A stretch of DNA of 63,649 nucleotides, filler included, from Choristocarpus tenellus KU-1152 (lineage: Eukaryota; Protista; Phaeophyceae), in NCBI GenBank assembly GCA_964200185.2. It is 11 parts of 11 records of this genome, joined end to end, with 100 filler letters (N's around TTAATTAATTAA, not from the genome) between each part and the next. Parts side by side here need not be neighbours in the genome. Positions count along the whole stretch, not along the records: positions 10,775 to 15,700 come from CAXNAD020012505.1; positions 15,801 to 20,346 come from CAXNAD020014061.1; positions 20,447 to 29,522 come from CAXNAD020004017.1; 8 more parts are not named here. The stretch is one strand, 5' to 3'. Positions within the stretch are counted from its first letter, which is position 1; each line of letters starts with the position of its first letter. Below the pieces are notes generated by a model that was given only the letters and a program-made list of their open reading frames with translations, had not been told where the DNA came from and ran no database searches. The position numbers and the translations under genes were made by a program. Below are positions 12,280 to 25,024 of the stretch, one piece after another.

Positions 12280-15200
12280 ACAATATGTCATAAAAGATGG
12301 AAACGGCTTGAACAGCGTATGAGTGCCTGGTCTTTTTGTAAGAATTCAGGGTTGATGCAGACCAAATGTACTCCAGGATATCCACTAAACAACAGAAACA
12401 GTCGTATACTTTTATGCCCTGAATGCATGCCTAGTACAATACTACAACATTCCCCAATATAGTTCGTGTGCTCATTTCCGTTACCATCACTCCATCCAGG
12501 TTTGCACACTTTTGTCCTCCTTCTGGTAATCTCCTCTCCACCTGGTACTGTTCATAAAATCACATTACACACATTAGTACTTGACTATTACTCTGTGCTC
12601 AATACTTTCTAAGTAGTCCTGGAAATGTATGCTATGTGCTATCTGTGGGATAGACATTGAATGCATGGTGGCACGGCTGCTATCTTCAGCTTCAGGAATG
12701 CCGCACAAATCGCAGGAAGGTACTGCTATGCAGCAAACAAAGTTGAGGCTTCTCCGAAGTCTTCCTTGAAGATAATGTCCTTCAGGTTGTTGATTGGTAC
12801 AATACCAGGAGGAAAAGCAATATACAATTGATCTTCCTCTGGTAAAGATCATTTAGAAGGATGGATTACAGTATTGAGAGCAACGGCAGTGGGAATGCCA
12901 AGGATGAAGAGGGAAATGAGCAAGGCACTTTCAAGAGATGGCCTTTTTTTGCGTCTTTTCTGTCATTCCCTTTAAATACTTCCGGCGCCAGCACCCTGAG
13001 TGGTACCCTCCATCTGATATGTCCACCAGGTTGTCCTCATCATCCTCCTCCCTGAGTGCCAGTAGGTTGCTCCCTTGATTGAGGCAAAGTGAAGTTTCTA
13101 TCGGGGGCACTCCACTGCCAAGGTCATACACATCACCACTACCAAGATTGGAAACCCTCAATTGACCACTTTTTTCCAATGGAGATGAGAATAACTTTTT
13201 CTGGGCTGCCCCGTTTCCTTCCCTGTTCAGACCCTCTGCTCGAATCCCTAGAGCATCAGGTGGTGTGTGGCGGTAGTGAGACCTTCCACTTGCAGTAGAG
13301 CTTGATGAGGACGCTCGAAGAAGTCGGTTGAGTGCCATCTCATCGATTTCCGACAACGCCTCCCGAGTCTGAGGCATTACATGCCGGTCTTCATTTGGAG
13401 TGAGGCATGGAAGGGTGGAAGGAGTGGAGGATGCAATCATTGTGGCTTCTGTAGGTCCAGGGTGGTGATTGAGAGGACCAGGGCTCCCACCTTCGGGAAG
13501 AGATATGTTGCCCGCAGCTGAGGTTGTTCCCAAGGCTTGTGGTTGAGGCACGCCAGCCACCCCAGGAAAAGGGACAGAACCAGGAGTGTAGGTGTCGGAG
13601 GGAGACTGGTAGTTGGGGGTAGGAATCGGGGAGATGACAGGATACTGAGTTTTTCCACCTATGACCCAGTTGAACTGAGCTCGGAGGGTGTTGATGTGGG
13701 ATTCAATTGTGCCCAAGACCTGTGGAAAGAGAACAATGAGAAAGTAGGGAAGGGCGAGGTGTACTGTTACCATCACCACTACTGTTACTACTGTTTTTTA
13801 CTACAACACATTAATGTCGGTCAGAAGGGCACGGGCAGAGTCATATTCAATATACCTCTAGTACCAGCACATAGTGTTATATTTGGAAGCCGAAAAGCTA
13901 ATAGCATTATTCAGAGTACTTTAAGACGGGGTCAGTTCATGCACTCTAGATAATTGCTGACTGGGGACAAGGGAAGTCTTTTTGATGAGCACCATCATTT
14001 TTCTGCTGGTGGTCACAATGTGAGAACTTAGATGGACCACATGATGGGAAAAGTTCCCTGTACACAGACAGACAATACTTTGAAGACCCTTGTTGAGGGT
14101 ATGGGCGGCGGCGGCCTATGTACAGTGACCTGAGGGTGAACAACATGTAGGTTCTATTGATCACTATTCTACAAACTTAAGTCGCAGCAATCTTGTGAGG
14201 CTTGTCCTGAGGGAAAGTACATATTTGGACTGGTGTCTTCACTAGGAGACAAAAGTCTAGTCAATCGACCAGAACCACACCTAGCTTGCTAGAGATGTGC
14301 TGCTGATGACTAAAGGATGTAAGATTCAAGCACGATGCTAGGTGGTAGGAGATGCAGCTTCCTAGTTGTTTTTGTTGTTTGGGATAGTGCTAGGAAACTG
14401 TAATTTTATTTTGTGGAATTTCCGATCTATCACTATTTCCCAGAAATATGTATTCAACGAAACTCAACTGCCCACATACTTCCGAGATGTTTGTACAGTA
14501 TATGTCATACACCACAAACAACATACATACTCCAGAGTCTGGAATACTTACATATTAGTACGCTACTATATATAGTACATGGCCCAAAGCATATAAGAGG
14601 GTAGGAGCTTTGCCCTGTTTGACCTTTCGGGGCTTGGCTTCCCAGGGTTATTTGTGCCCCTTTTTGGTTTTCTGTGTGAACATAGTTACCTAAAATGTAT
14701 ACGACTATGAAAGGTGTGTCTTTAGCAAGGATATTGGCACTTACTAACAAACACGATAACCAAAATGAATCAAAATCGCAACATTGGATGAATGACCCTG
14801 AATGGGCGCGACCCTACCCTCTTTAATGCTTTGGCTCATCACAGAGCACTTCAGGGTATATAGTATGATTATATACAATACCCACTGACAGATTGCTCAT
14901 ATTCATTTGTGTTCATGATACACCTGAGTAGAGCAATATGATATACACATATGTGCGTGTGCGTGTGTCACTATGGACTATTTTAATTCATATCACAAGT
15001 TGCATGGGCATAGTAAGAGGAGGATATGTCCTCCAGGATATCAGACATTAACATTGGTAGATTCATTGCAGACATAATCCTGTAGAGCAGCAAAAGTCAG
15101 CCCTTATACACAAGCAACATAAACAGGTGTGAATTCCCCAAACACAGCAGACATCACTTTATAAATTCTACCTGTGGAGTCTGTCTCCATTTAAGCAGCC

Positions 15201-15290
15201 TCATCTCACCCTAGGAAATACTGCAGCAGGCGCTGCCCCTCATGTTCTTCGATCAAACCATCCAATAATCCACCAATTGCCAACTCTTAT
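12280..15290 (-). pseudogene. Multi-exon decayed gene or TE-borne gene of unknown family
   Basis: Long Pro/Ser-rich ORF 12931-13779 with a plausible acceptor near 13720; neighbouring exon-like pieces (~15173-15275, ~12290-12542) read as protein but contain in-frame stops. Confidence 0.35.
14581..14837 (-). mobile_element. MITE family 1, diverged subfamily (257 bp)
   Basis: TIRs GGCCCAAAGCATATAAGAGGGTAGG / CCTACCCTCTTTAATGCTTTGGCTC; internal sequence colinear with 4912-5169; no clean TSD. Confidence 0.88.
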
Positions 15291-16828
15291 TTTTTCCTGC
15301 TACTTCAAAGTATATTGTTGTCATTGCACCTTGGTGTGTAGAGCATTGTTCCATGTCTCCTCTCCAGCCGCAGAAGAACCACTACTTGTGTGTTTGATGA
15401 CCTCACACTCTGCCCGAAGACCACGGTTCTCTGCAACAAGCCCTTCAGTCAGTGCCTTAAACATCAGTAAGAGATGCACGGGGTTGATCCCAACGAGCAT
15501 GGCATATAGTTTAGTTGTCGTGTATGAACTGAAGCATGGCGAAACTACGCAAAGATGAGGGTTTTCTGCCACAAGTCCTTCAGTCAGCGCCTTTCATCAC
15601 ATCTAGTCAATCCCTACAAATACACTCAACCAGGCAAATTTTGAAGGTTATGGTGAATATTATCTTCATATAGATGGCCCATAGTATCTGTGGGGGGGGG
15701 NNNNNNNNNNNNNNNNNNNNNNNNNNNNNNNNNNNNNNNNNNNNTTAATTAATTAANNNNNNNNNNNNNNNNNNNNNNNNNNNNNNNNNNNNNNNNNNNN
15801 AAAGTGCCGCAACATTTACAAAAAAAAACATATGGGCACTTTCCGCGCACCATTCCGGGTCTCGCTCATCCTCCATACAAAGCTCCATCCTCAATTTTGG
15901 TGATCAGCTGTTTTTTTACGAGAATAAAAGCATATTCTTGACATGCTCTTGCTCAGGATCCTGAAATATTATGTGGTAGTGAAATATTTTATGAGTTAGT
16001 GAAAAAATTCAATAGCACCCTCACCACCCAATCGTAACCATCAATCACTCCAAATTCTTGTGATATTTACTTTTACGTAGGTCGTTCTCAGGCGAAAACA
16101 GAGGTACCATAGTTGCGTTACATTTTATTCCAAACGGAGGAAGTAGTACTTGATACGAAATTGGATTTAAGTATGTATAAGGTTCGGGTCCTTTGAACAC
16201 AATCTGGGATGTGCCATACCGATTTCTCCAGATTTGTTGTAAACTAAATAAAAAAGCAGGCTGCCCAAACACCCTAATGATACAACGCCATGTTAACAAT
16301 TGGTTGTCTGATGGCGTAATGTTGTGTTTTGACGTGAACCACTGCTTGCACAGTCCAAAGTCTTGTGGCATATTTGACTATCATCGTGTTAAACTATCAA
16401 CAATGGAATGCCGCTCTGATGCTGTGTGTTTTGTATAAAAATATGTACTTGGGAGTCTACGACTGTTGCCAGGTGCAATCATTGAGAGAGGGTTGAGATG
16501 ACTCGTGAAGAATCACAACTTGAGCAAGTGAAAGAGAAACAGGAAGGCGGCATTGAATTACATAGCAAAGTTCAGGAAGTACAAGGGCTGCCTACCGTCC
16601 AAAGTAGTAGCAGTGATTGAAGGTGACGTTATCGCTTCAAGAAAAAATTACGGCGTAACACAGTAAAATTTCATTGCATATTTAAAAGAGGACCTCTTGA
16701 ATTCTGGGTGACTCACAAAAACCCTTGGTGACGTTTACCACAAAGCGATTTATTTAGCCATTATGTTCTGTTAGAGGGGACAAAACTGGGATTTTCTCAT
16801 ACATGATGCAGTTTATTGTTGGTGAATA

Positions 16829-17423
16829 TGTTATCGGAATGAGGACCAATCTAGTGCACGGTGACGTGGGCGTGTTCACGCTCTATTAGCATGTTCTCGT
16901 GTGGAGATTTATTTGTGGTACATCTTGTTTCTCTGTCTCAAACTGTAGAACGTATCAGCAGTTGATCTACTATCAGTATTACTATACAAACAAAAATATG
17001 CAATAATATTCTAAGGAAAACAATAGAGCAGAAGAGTGGAGATGAGAAATGAGCGAGGGTGGGTCGGTCCAGGATCAACACTCGCGATGAAAAAGAGTGA
17101 TTGACAACGCTTTCTGCACACATCATGCGTCTCACAAGACAAACAAATGCATGTGTGTAGTAGTGATCGTAGCACGTATGCTATGTGCTATGTATGGGAT
17201 ACGGTACACACGCAGTACATAATTTAAAAGGTTGTATTGTATTGTAGTGTACCACAAAAAAATGTTCGTCAACACGGTCAATTCCATTGTAGAGGCAAAT
17301 TCAGAAGAAAAACCACCGACGAGATTAAGGTGGTGTGTGGGCAACAAGGGACATCCCATGACGCAATATGTCACACGTCGAATTTGAATACATAAAACTA
17401 CATATATATACAAACCGATAACA
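16829..17423 (-). mobile_element. LTR (595 bp), probably the 3' LTR of a minus-strand LTR retrotransposon
   Basis: Perfect 9-bp inverted ends TGTTATCGG...CCGATAACA; adjacent CAGCCCCTCT reads AGAGGGGCTG (PPT-like) on the minus strand. Confidence 0.7.
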
Positions 17424-19024
17424 CAGCCCCTCTAGTCCAATGATACTACTACCTACCAACGCCACACACCTTCGTTCTCTGTACACACCCTGTTGCGGGT
17501 ACCCTCCTCTTGGCTAGGCCTCAATGATCCCAACAGGACAACAAAGGATGTAATGTTGGAGAGGATCAAGGCCAAATATATCGAATAGAGGGCGAAGAAT
17601 CTCATGACCGATGGCCACCTGCATAGCAGTGGAATCGAACTCGAGCTCGAGAAAATGAACTGAGGATGATGACAACAAGGACGATACAGGGACTACCAAC
17701 AAAGACCAAAGAGGCCAAATGTGTGCGCGGGCCAAGCGACTAACTGACACTGTAAGGCCCGGTCCAAGGAAATGAGAAAGTATCATCAGTGGCAAGCAAA
17801 GAAACCAGCGATGGCACAATGGGGTATGTTCTTGCAGTGTCTCTTGAAGAAACTGCCTTGAAGAATATGTAGGCATTCAAACACAATAGTATATCGTACA
17901 GGATCGCACTACATATCGTACAGGATCGCGCTACGGGAGGAATTACAGGCTTGTGTTATGAGCAATGGGTAATGAACAAGCATTGGCGCGATAGTGGAAT
18001 TTTGTGAAAAGATTTTGTCGAAAAGTTTGTTTTGAGGAATGTGTAGGCAATGAACATACTAGCACAAGTTATAGAGTTACTCCCTTGTATAATGAGGCGT
18101 GATGGATGACGCAATGTATCCCATTCAAGTACAAGGGATTGAGCAAACAAATGAGTTTGGGACGAAACCCTCTTTAACCTTACTAAATCCCACCCAAGCT
18201 ATCCAGAACGTACCGAGCAATGTGGCCAATACAAAGTTTAATACGACAGGTAGTAATTTCAGGGCTATGACAGTGTGATGTTGCTTGGAATGGGTAGCTA
18301 GCTGCAGGGATAGAATCATATACTTTAGTGATGGGTACGTGCTTGCCGTTCAAGTTTTGTTGTGAAAGATGAAATGTGATGCTGAAAGTTGAGACAGCTC
18401 TAGGGTTAGGACTTTTAAGACTTATTGCTTGTGTAGGTGTGTGGAGTGCGTACGTGTGTGGCATTAAATCATGGTGTAAGATGCAGTGTGAAGTTGACTA
18501 GAAGTGAGACCGGTAGTCGTAGAGGTAGGGACTTCTGCTTGGGTGGAGTGCACACATGTACCATGAACTTTTGGTGAGGTATTGTGTAATATGAAATATT
18601 GGAAGTTGTGGTGTGTGCAGGAGTGAGTCAAAGTAAATGAGAGGTACTGAGACTTTGGTCGTTTCACATTTTAACCCTGTTTTTCGATCTTTTGCGAATT
18701 ACCCCTATTTCTATTTGTGGATGAAGTTCGAAGTTTGACTTGTGAATTTTGCACATATTTCTCAGCATCCTTGAAGTACAACTCTGGGTACCTCTAGTAT
18801 ACTTTGACTTAGTAGAACTATATTCTTGAGAGGTGTGTTCATGTGCGGTGTCGAATTCATGTGCAGGGTGCAATGTGATGTTGAAAGTTGAGATGCCACA
18901 AGGATTGTTAAGACCCAATGAATAGGATCGTGTGTGTGTGTGACACACAGCACACTTTGTTCGAGAGAGGGTGCAGTAGTGCATGTTGGAAGTCATGGCA
19001 GGTGTAAGAGGGGTACCACTTGAT

Positions 19025-19199
19025 GAGTCAAAGTATCTTATAGGGTAGAGCCGCGTCCATTTGGGGGCCAAAATCCAACGTTGCGATTTCGATGTAATTT
19101 GGCTATTGTGTTAGTTAGGANNNNNNNNNNCCCCGAGGGAAGCCAAGCCCCAAATGGACAAACAGGGCAAAACTCGTACCCTCTAAGATATTTTCACTC
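19025..19199 (+). mobile_element. MITE family 1 with an internal assembly gap, apparent TSD GAT
   Basis: Both TIRs present; GAT on both sides; 10 N in the middle. Confidence 0.9.
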
Positions 19200-20446
19200 G
19201 ATGCTTTGTTAAGTGAGTATGCGGTTGGAATAAACCCCTGAGCTACAGAGCAGATAGTCAGCTGACTACCAACTTCGTAGCTCAGGGGCTTACCGAGTTT
19301 AACAGTGAAGAGATGTAGCTCTGTGAGAAAAAATATATGGACTCAAGTCTATTTTTTATCAAATCATAAATCATGTGTGTATCACGTACTGAGTTTGTAT
19401 GTTGAATAGTATCCAACAAATCCAAGGATCAAGCATCAACAGATTCAGAGATCGAGCATCCAGCAAATATGCGGAGTGCAACGGTATATCGTGATGCTAT
19501 ACCCCACACATCGGTGTACATACGATGTGACTACTTCTAAACTAAGAAAACATTACTAGTAGACGTGACAACAATTGACACTAGTTGACGGTGCTGAACT
19601 GTATCTATGAATCACAAAAGTGTGAAGTAGATGACACAGTCGAAAGATTTATGAGTAAATGCTCAAGGCCGTGAATATATTTCTTTTACTAGCCCCTAGG
19701 TATGGTGAAGGGTGATCTTGTCAATTTAACCAATTTAAGGATTAGGACTTAGAGTTTATGTAAGGCGGTGAGGTTTTTCTTGTGTTACTCCATGGGTGGC
19801 CAATACCCACTCCAGGCAGTTGGTGGAGGGGAATAGTTGTGTTGGTGGCAGAGCATTGCACTAAATGTTGTGGAGGACCTCAACTATAACGATCTGATGC
19901 TTTCGAAATACTAACATGGTAATGGACAGCGAACAAAATACATATTAAGGGATCGAATTGTTTCATCTCTGTTGAAGATGTTCTCCAGGATGAGGAGGTA
20001 CCCAATAAACTTTGCACACTCCACTCCAATATCCCTGATACTACGCATAATACCTACGCTGCAACACGCTAACTTCCAATTAATCCTGTACACCCTCTTC
20101 AGTATCCCTGACTCTGCACATATCCGTCATCTTGGCAGGTGACCCCTGTACCAGTCAACCTTCCACTACGGCACCTAATCAATAGAGTTCCACGCGGTCA
20201 ACACAGCTTCCTACAATGCCTGTTGCCTGCCTCACAAATAAAAGGTTTTCGGTGTGGACCTTAGGCAGGTAACTCATTTGTTGTCGTATAGGAAAGATTT
20301 GAAGATGTTAATAGGATTATTGGTACTTGAGACCCAAAGTATCGGGNNNNNNNNNNNNNNNNNNNNNNNNNNNNNNNNNNNNNNNNNNNNTTAATTAATT
20401 AANNNNNNNNNNNNNNNNNNNNNNNNNNNNNNNNNNNNNNNNNNNN

Positions 20447-21600
20447 CAATAGTATATGTGAACGAATTCACTCCACAATGCATGGTATGCTGGCCATGTA
20501 TTCAAATATGGACCAATCTGACTGGGCCTCATTATTGCCCTTTGTCCAGCTAACACATAATACAGCCTATAATTCTCTGTTCAAGAAACATCATTTTTTC
20601 TCATGTTTGGGAGGCGCCCAATTTTACCAATTGATCTTATTTTGGGGGTCCCTGAGGCCACCCCCATAACTGCACAAGAATACAGTACGAAAACAGTGAA
20701 GAATTTACAGCTAGCCTATGAATTAGCCCGGTGTAGTATTGGTGAGATGGCTTTAAGAAACGAATCAAAGAACGTGAACCAGAAACTCCCACTATACGAA
20801 CCCGGTGATAAAGTGTTGTTTCACAAACCACATACGTCAGCTGATGCACCAAACCCCAAGTTGTTATCCCCATGGAGAGGGCCTTATGAAGTGAAGGAAC
20901 GTATAACACCTGTTGTATATCGCGTAAAACGCTTGGAAGATCGACGGGAAGTGACAGTTCATCTGGCCAGACTTAAACCTTACAAAGAGGCTAGAGCCAC
21001 AGAGCCAGATATAGATGCCCTTAATTCACTCTTTTTAGGCCGGATTTTACCTAAACCGCACCTTGATCAGGGGTCAAAGACATAGCCAAATGTTGGATCT
21101 TACAATATAGAGGGCATTGTTGATCATGAACGTGGGGTAGGAAGGAAAACTTCCCGCAAATATTTGTACCGGCTTCGCCTTCAGGGATATTCACCGGCCA
21201 GTGATTTATGGCGCAAACCCACTGAAATACCTGAATGTGCAGAGATGATCGCAGCCTATAGGGATGAGAACAAGTTGGACCTCCCTAATGTAAGAGCCAT
21301 TGACCAAGCGACTTGACATAATCAAAAGACACCTGCCACTGCACCAACCAAAGAACTTGTATTACCGCCAACCGGACCTCCACCTAATAGCAACCAAGCC
21401 TCCTCAAATATTTGTGACAACCCTCCTTGTGGACCGGAAAGTGCGATGAATGCCTCTATACTAATGGGTTGCCGGCCTGATGAGTTGCCACCAGATTCCA
21501 CAGATAGAGAAGCTAGTCCTTTGTTACTACCAAGATGGCGGAAGCGATGTCGATAGATTCTTGAAGACCATACCATGGCTCAGCCCGGGTGGTAGTATCA
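20447..21600 (+). mobile_element. Ty3/Gypsy pol 3' end: integrase core end, GPY/F motif, chromodomain, C-terminal extension (pseudogenised)
   Basis: DWASLLPFVQLTHNT, MFGRRPILPIDL, KLLSPWRGPYEV, VHLARLKPY, then past a TAG: YNIEGIVDHERG...YLYRLRLQGYSPASDLWRKPTEIPECAEMIAAY. Confidence 0.93.
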
Positions 21601-23803
21601 GAGCTGATCTAGTTAGCAACTTGTGTCTTGCGAAGTAGGAAGACTGCTCTCATCCGGAAACAAACACAGGTTGGACCTATCTGTGAGAAGCATGCATACC
21701 TTTCAAAATATTATTTACCTCGGGTATAATATTTTACTTCATTATTTGTAAACACATATATATTAAAAAATTAACAGTCCAACTTACTGGTTTTCCAAGC
21801 ACCTTGGAGGCTTGTAGGAATGTACACACATTTTTATTTGGTTGGTATTCGCTCAGAGTCCCCTCTCTTGTAAGGCCTTGTCATTTACCTCTTAGTTCAA
21901 ATTCTGGACTGCTACACAATTCTTCAACAGTAGTTGTATATAAACACATTGAGTATTGTTTTGGTGTGGGTTTTTCCCTCCCAATTATTTTTTCGGTGCG
22001 GAATAATGACGCGAGACACCACTTTTGTTTTTAAAGTTTGCCCCTGAATATGTTTCTGGTGAGGATGTACTGTTTTTAATTGTGGGGTTTGTCCCAGCCT
22101 AAATAATTATATCAGGAAACTATGGTGATATAGAAATTGCAGATGCTGTTGTTTGACTCAAAGTAACTTGGGGTAATTGAGTGATTCCTCTACTTGGTGG
22201 AAAAAAACGTATTGACCTTTGTATCACTCAATTATTCTTGGCATGAGCGGGGGGGTGATAGTGTGTGTAAGGACACCACTGTTCGTAGTTCCCACTTGGC
22301 ATCGCCATGATGATCCAAGGGAGTGGAACAATTTATCAAGCACACTTGTATGTCTCAGTGACATGTCCTTGATTTGACCCTACATTCTGAAGAAATCGGG
22401 CATGCCAGCTTGAGACTTGAGGGTTAATAAAAATTATGATGCCGTATCTTCACAGAAAAACAAACATAGACCTTGCCTTGCTTACTCTTCTTATGTAGTT
22501 GTAGATTGGTGAGTGCTCACAGAAATTTGACAAGGTAGGGTATGATGCCATCAATTTCTACTGTATACTGACACTTATGTTATAGTATCCCCTGGCTCAT
22601 GTATGGACAGAAGAGATAAATACAGGAGTATTACCATATGTTCTAGAGTGATTATTATTACCAAGCAGAGAGTGCGACCATACAACCCCAAAACACCATG
22701 CTTAATGGAACTAATTCCTATCCGTTCGTATACAAGAACAAACATGGATTAACTAACTAATAATTCTTGTATTCTGACTCTGCATATATACTAGTAGTGA
22801 TATCTGTTACAGTTGGAGGAGTCTATTCGAACAAGTTACACAGGAGGTAAATTTCACAAGAAGAGGTGTTTTTAGGGTGGAAGCGTGTTCTTTATTCAAA
22901 ATTGGGTATACGTGAAGTCCTCTGATGGAATCCAATGCGCTAATCATCTTCAATGTTCATGAGTTGACATGTTGACTGGTACGTTCGAAATACCTTCTTA
23001 TCACCTAGGAGTGCACCTACGTATAGTAAGGACAGAGGATGAAATTAGAAACCATGCAGGTATCGGGTAGAGTTTCCTAGAATTCCATAGACTGTGTTCC
23101 TTGGTTATGCAAGTACAGAAAAGATTTGAAGAGGGTGATGGTGGTGGTGGGCTCACCTGTTCCTCCTGGGCCGTCCCAGTTAGTAGGTGGACTCTATCGG
23201 CATACATACACAGGGCATTCGTGTGGCTCTCAGAGTATTGTTAATGCACCAAGAGATCCCAAGGGTACTGGTGAGGCGATCTCATTCTTCAACCACCCAC
23301 CAATCGTCATCGCCACTGTGAATGAGGTGGACTCAGCGAAAAGACCTTCCAAGTAGAGGCTAGTGGGGAGACTCACAGGAGGGAGTTGAAGAAAGGAGAG
23401 ATTACAGGGGCGGGCACTGCTGCCAGGGGAAGCAGGGTCAATCGGAAGTCAGGAGTGAGGCAGGGACATATTGTGGGGTCTGCGTTGTCCATAATTTTGT
23501 TGTTATCACAAGGAACTGGAAACACTTCTTATGCATACTTCATGGTACAACAGGATTCATATTAATATAGGAACGCACTACTAATATTAATAGTATTATG
23601 TGAAGCAGATTGACTGGGAATCAATTGCGAACACCACACATACGTTCAAATCCTGCTTTCATCACCACTAAACAGTTGTAAACCCGCAGACAAGTTCTTC
23701 AAACTGAACGGGAGCGGGAAGACCCACAGGAGGGCGGAAGGAAGAGAGGTAAGGCAGGAGGATGAGCAACCCAGAGAGGGTCACTCTTGGAAGAAGTGAA
23801 CAA

Positions 23804-24057
23804 AGAAAGTGAATGAGGGGGGTTGAAAGATTAACTAAAACAACCCGATATTGACGTCATCAGGAATTAAATGCTGATATCATGTAAGGAAACACATTTT
23901 CAAGAGTATCTTCTAAGTGAAGAGCACTTTAAAGGTATACCTTGAGTGGAAGCTGTCTATCAGTGTAATGAGTAGTATTAGTAATACTACTATTATTGTT
24001 GGAATACTATTCAAACAGAGGATGCCTCAAAGGTATACCTTGGAGTGAAAATGACCA
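23804..24057 (+). mobile_element. Candidate polypurine tract and start of the 3' LTR of the Gypsy element, cut by the insertion at 24058
   Basis: AGAAAGTGAATGAGGGGGG followed by t-TG at 23824; the matching CA end was not identified. Confidence 0.4.
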
Positions 24058-24803
24058 TGGTGTTGGGAGTCGCCTTTAGGACAGAATTTGTCCTGCTCTA
24101 ACCTTTGATCGGATTGGAGTTTTTCGTCGAAATAAAGCTTGATGTGACCCTTGAATCACTTCTAACATTATTAGGTTGGAGTTGGTTGTGGTGCGATAGG
24201 CGAGAGGGCGATTTTCTTCACTAAAATCAAGTTACTTAGACATCCGTCCGCCCGTCGTCCAGTATATGCCTTGGAGGACTGCTTCTCCTCTCCCAGGACG
24301 AGTTTTTTCACGGGAGAAGAAGAGTCGTGATCCTCCATGTCTCATCTGTCTGCTTGCAACCCTAAACTCTTCATTGCTATTGTACCTCCAGTTATCCCTA
24401 ATACCTCACCAGGCAGCAGCCAGCCAGTCAGCCCTCATCATTGAGTTTGGCCAAGAATACACGCTCTCCGTCGCAGTCGCGACCTCTCTTTGATTTCTTG
24501 TTGCCCAGTGATTGACTGGTTCACTCGATCAAGCTCGAGTCCCCCTCTCGACATACCGCAATCACCAGGGCGTACACTCTGCCCAACCTCAGCCTTCGAC
24601 TTCTGTGAAACTTGAAGCCCGAAGGTAGAGGCCATGCCACGATATCCAGCGTGTCCTTCGACAGGTGGGCTTCCACAGCCATTGTGCCGAGTTCCGCGTG
24701 GACAATCTATGTTGTAGTGACCTGCGTGTGTAGGTAACTCCGAAAGCCTCGCACAACAAATCTTGACTAATTTGGAGGTAATATAAGGCGACCTGATTGG
24801 CGA
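24058..24803. mobile_element. Repeat family A, copy 1 (TIR-like start TGGTGTTGGGAGTCGCCT; minus-strand ORF relic from 24682)
   Basis: Colinear with 61255-62037 and in part with ~59775-60197. Confidence 0.85.
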
Positions 24804-25024
24804 TCAGCATATCAAAATAAAGCTGAGATCATACGCGATCGATTGGCGCAAAGAAATCTGCCTGGAAAAAATACATCTTCATATAATTTTCACCGATTTT
24901 CATTTTTGTTTTGCAATTCAATCGAAAATTGCGGCATTTCCTGACTCAACACAAAGTAATTTGCGCCCAGGTTTCTTTGCACCAATTGACATCATTTGAT
25001 CTCAGCTTAAATTTGATATTCAGA
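24804..25024. mobile_element. Foldback/MITE family 3 (TCAGCATATC termini)
   Basis: Long imperfect inverted arms (ATATCAAA..AAGCTGAGATCA..ATTGGCGCAAAGAAA / TTTCTTTGCACCAAT..TGATCTCAGCTT..TTTGATAT); related copies at 62038-62222 and 60303-60520. Confidence 0.7.

Noticed and set aside
16193-16438. MULE/FAR1-like zinc finger (GCP...W...NH)
   Set aside because: Only a loose pattern, with no supporting transposase core nearby.
5983-21085. RIP/methylation-driven mutation signature in TE stop codons
   Set aside because: Stops from CAG or TGG by single transitions are expected under any decay; this needs a quantitative dinucleotide analysis.
21420-21575. J-domain after the chromodomain
   Set aside because: Superficial resemblance only; no HPD motif.
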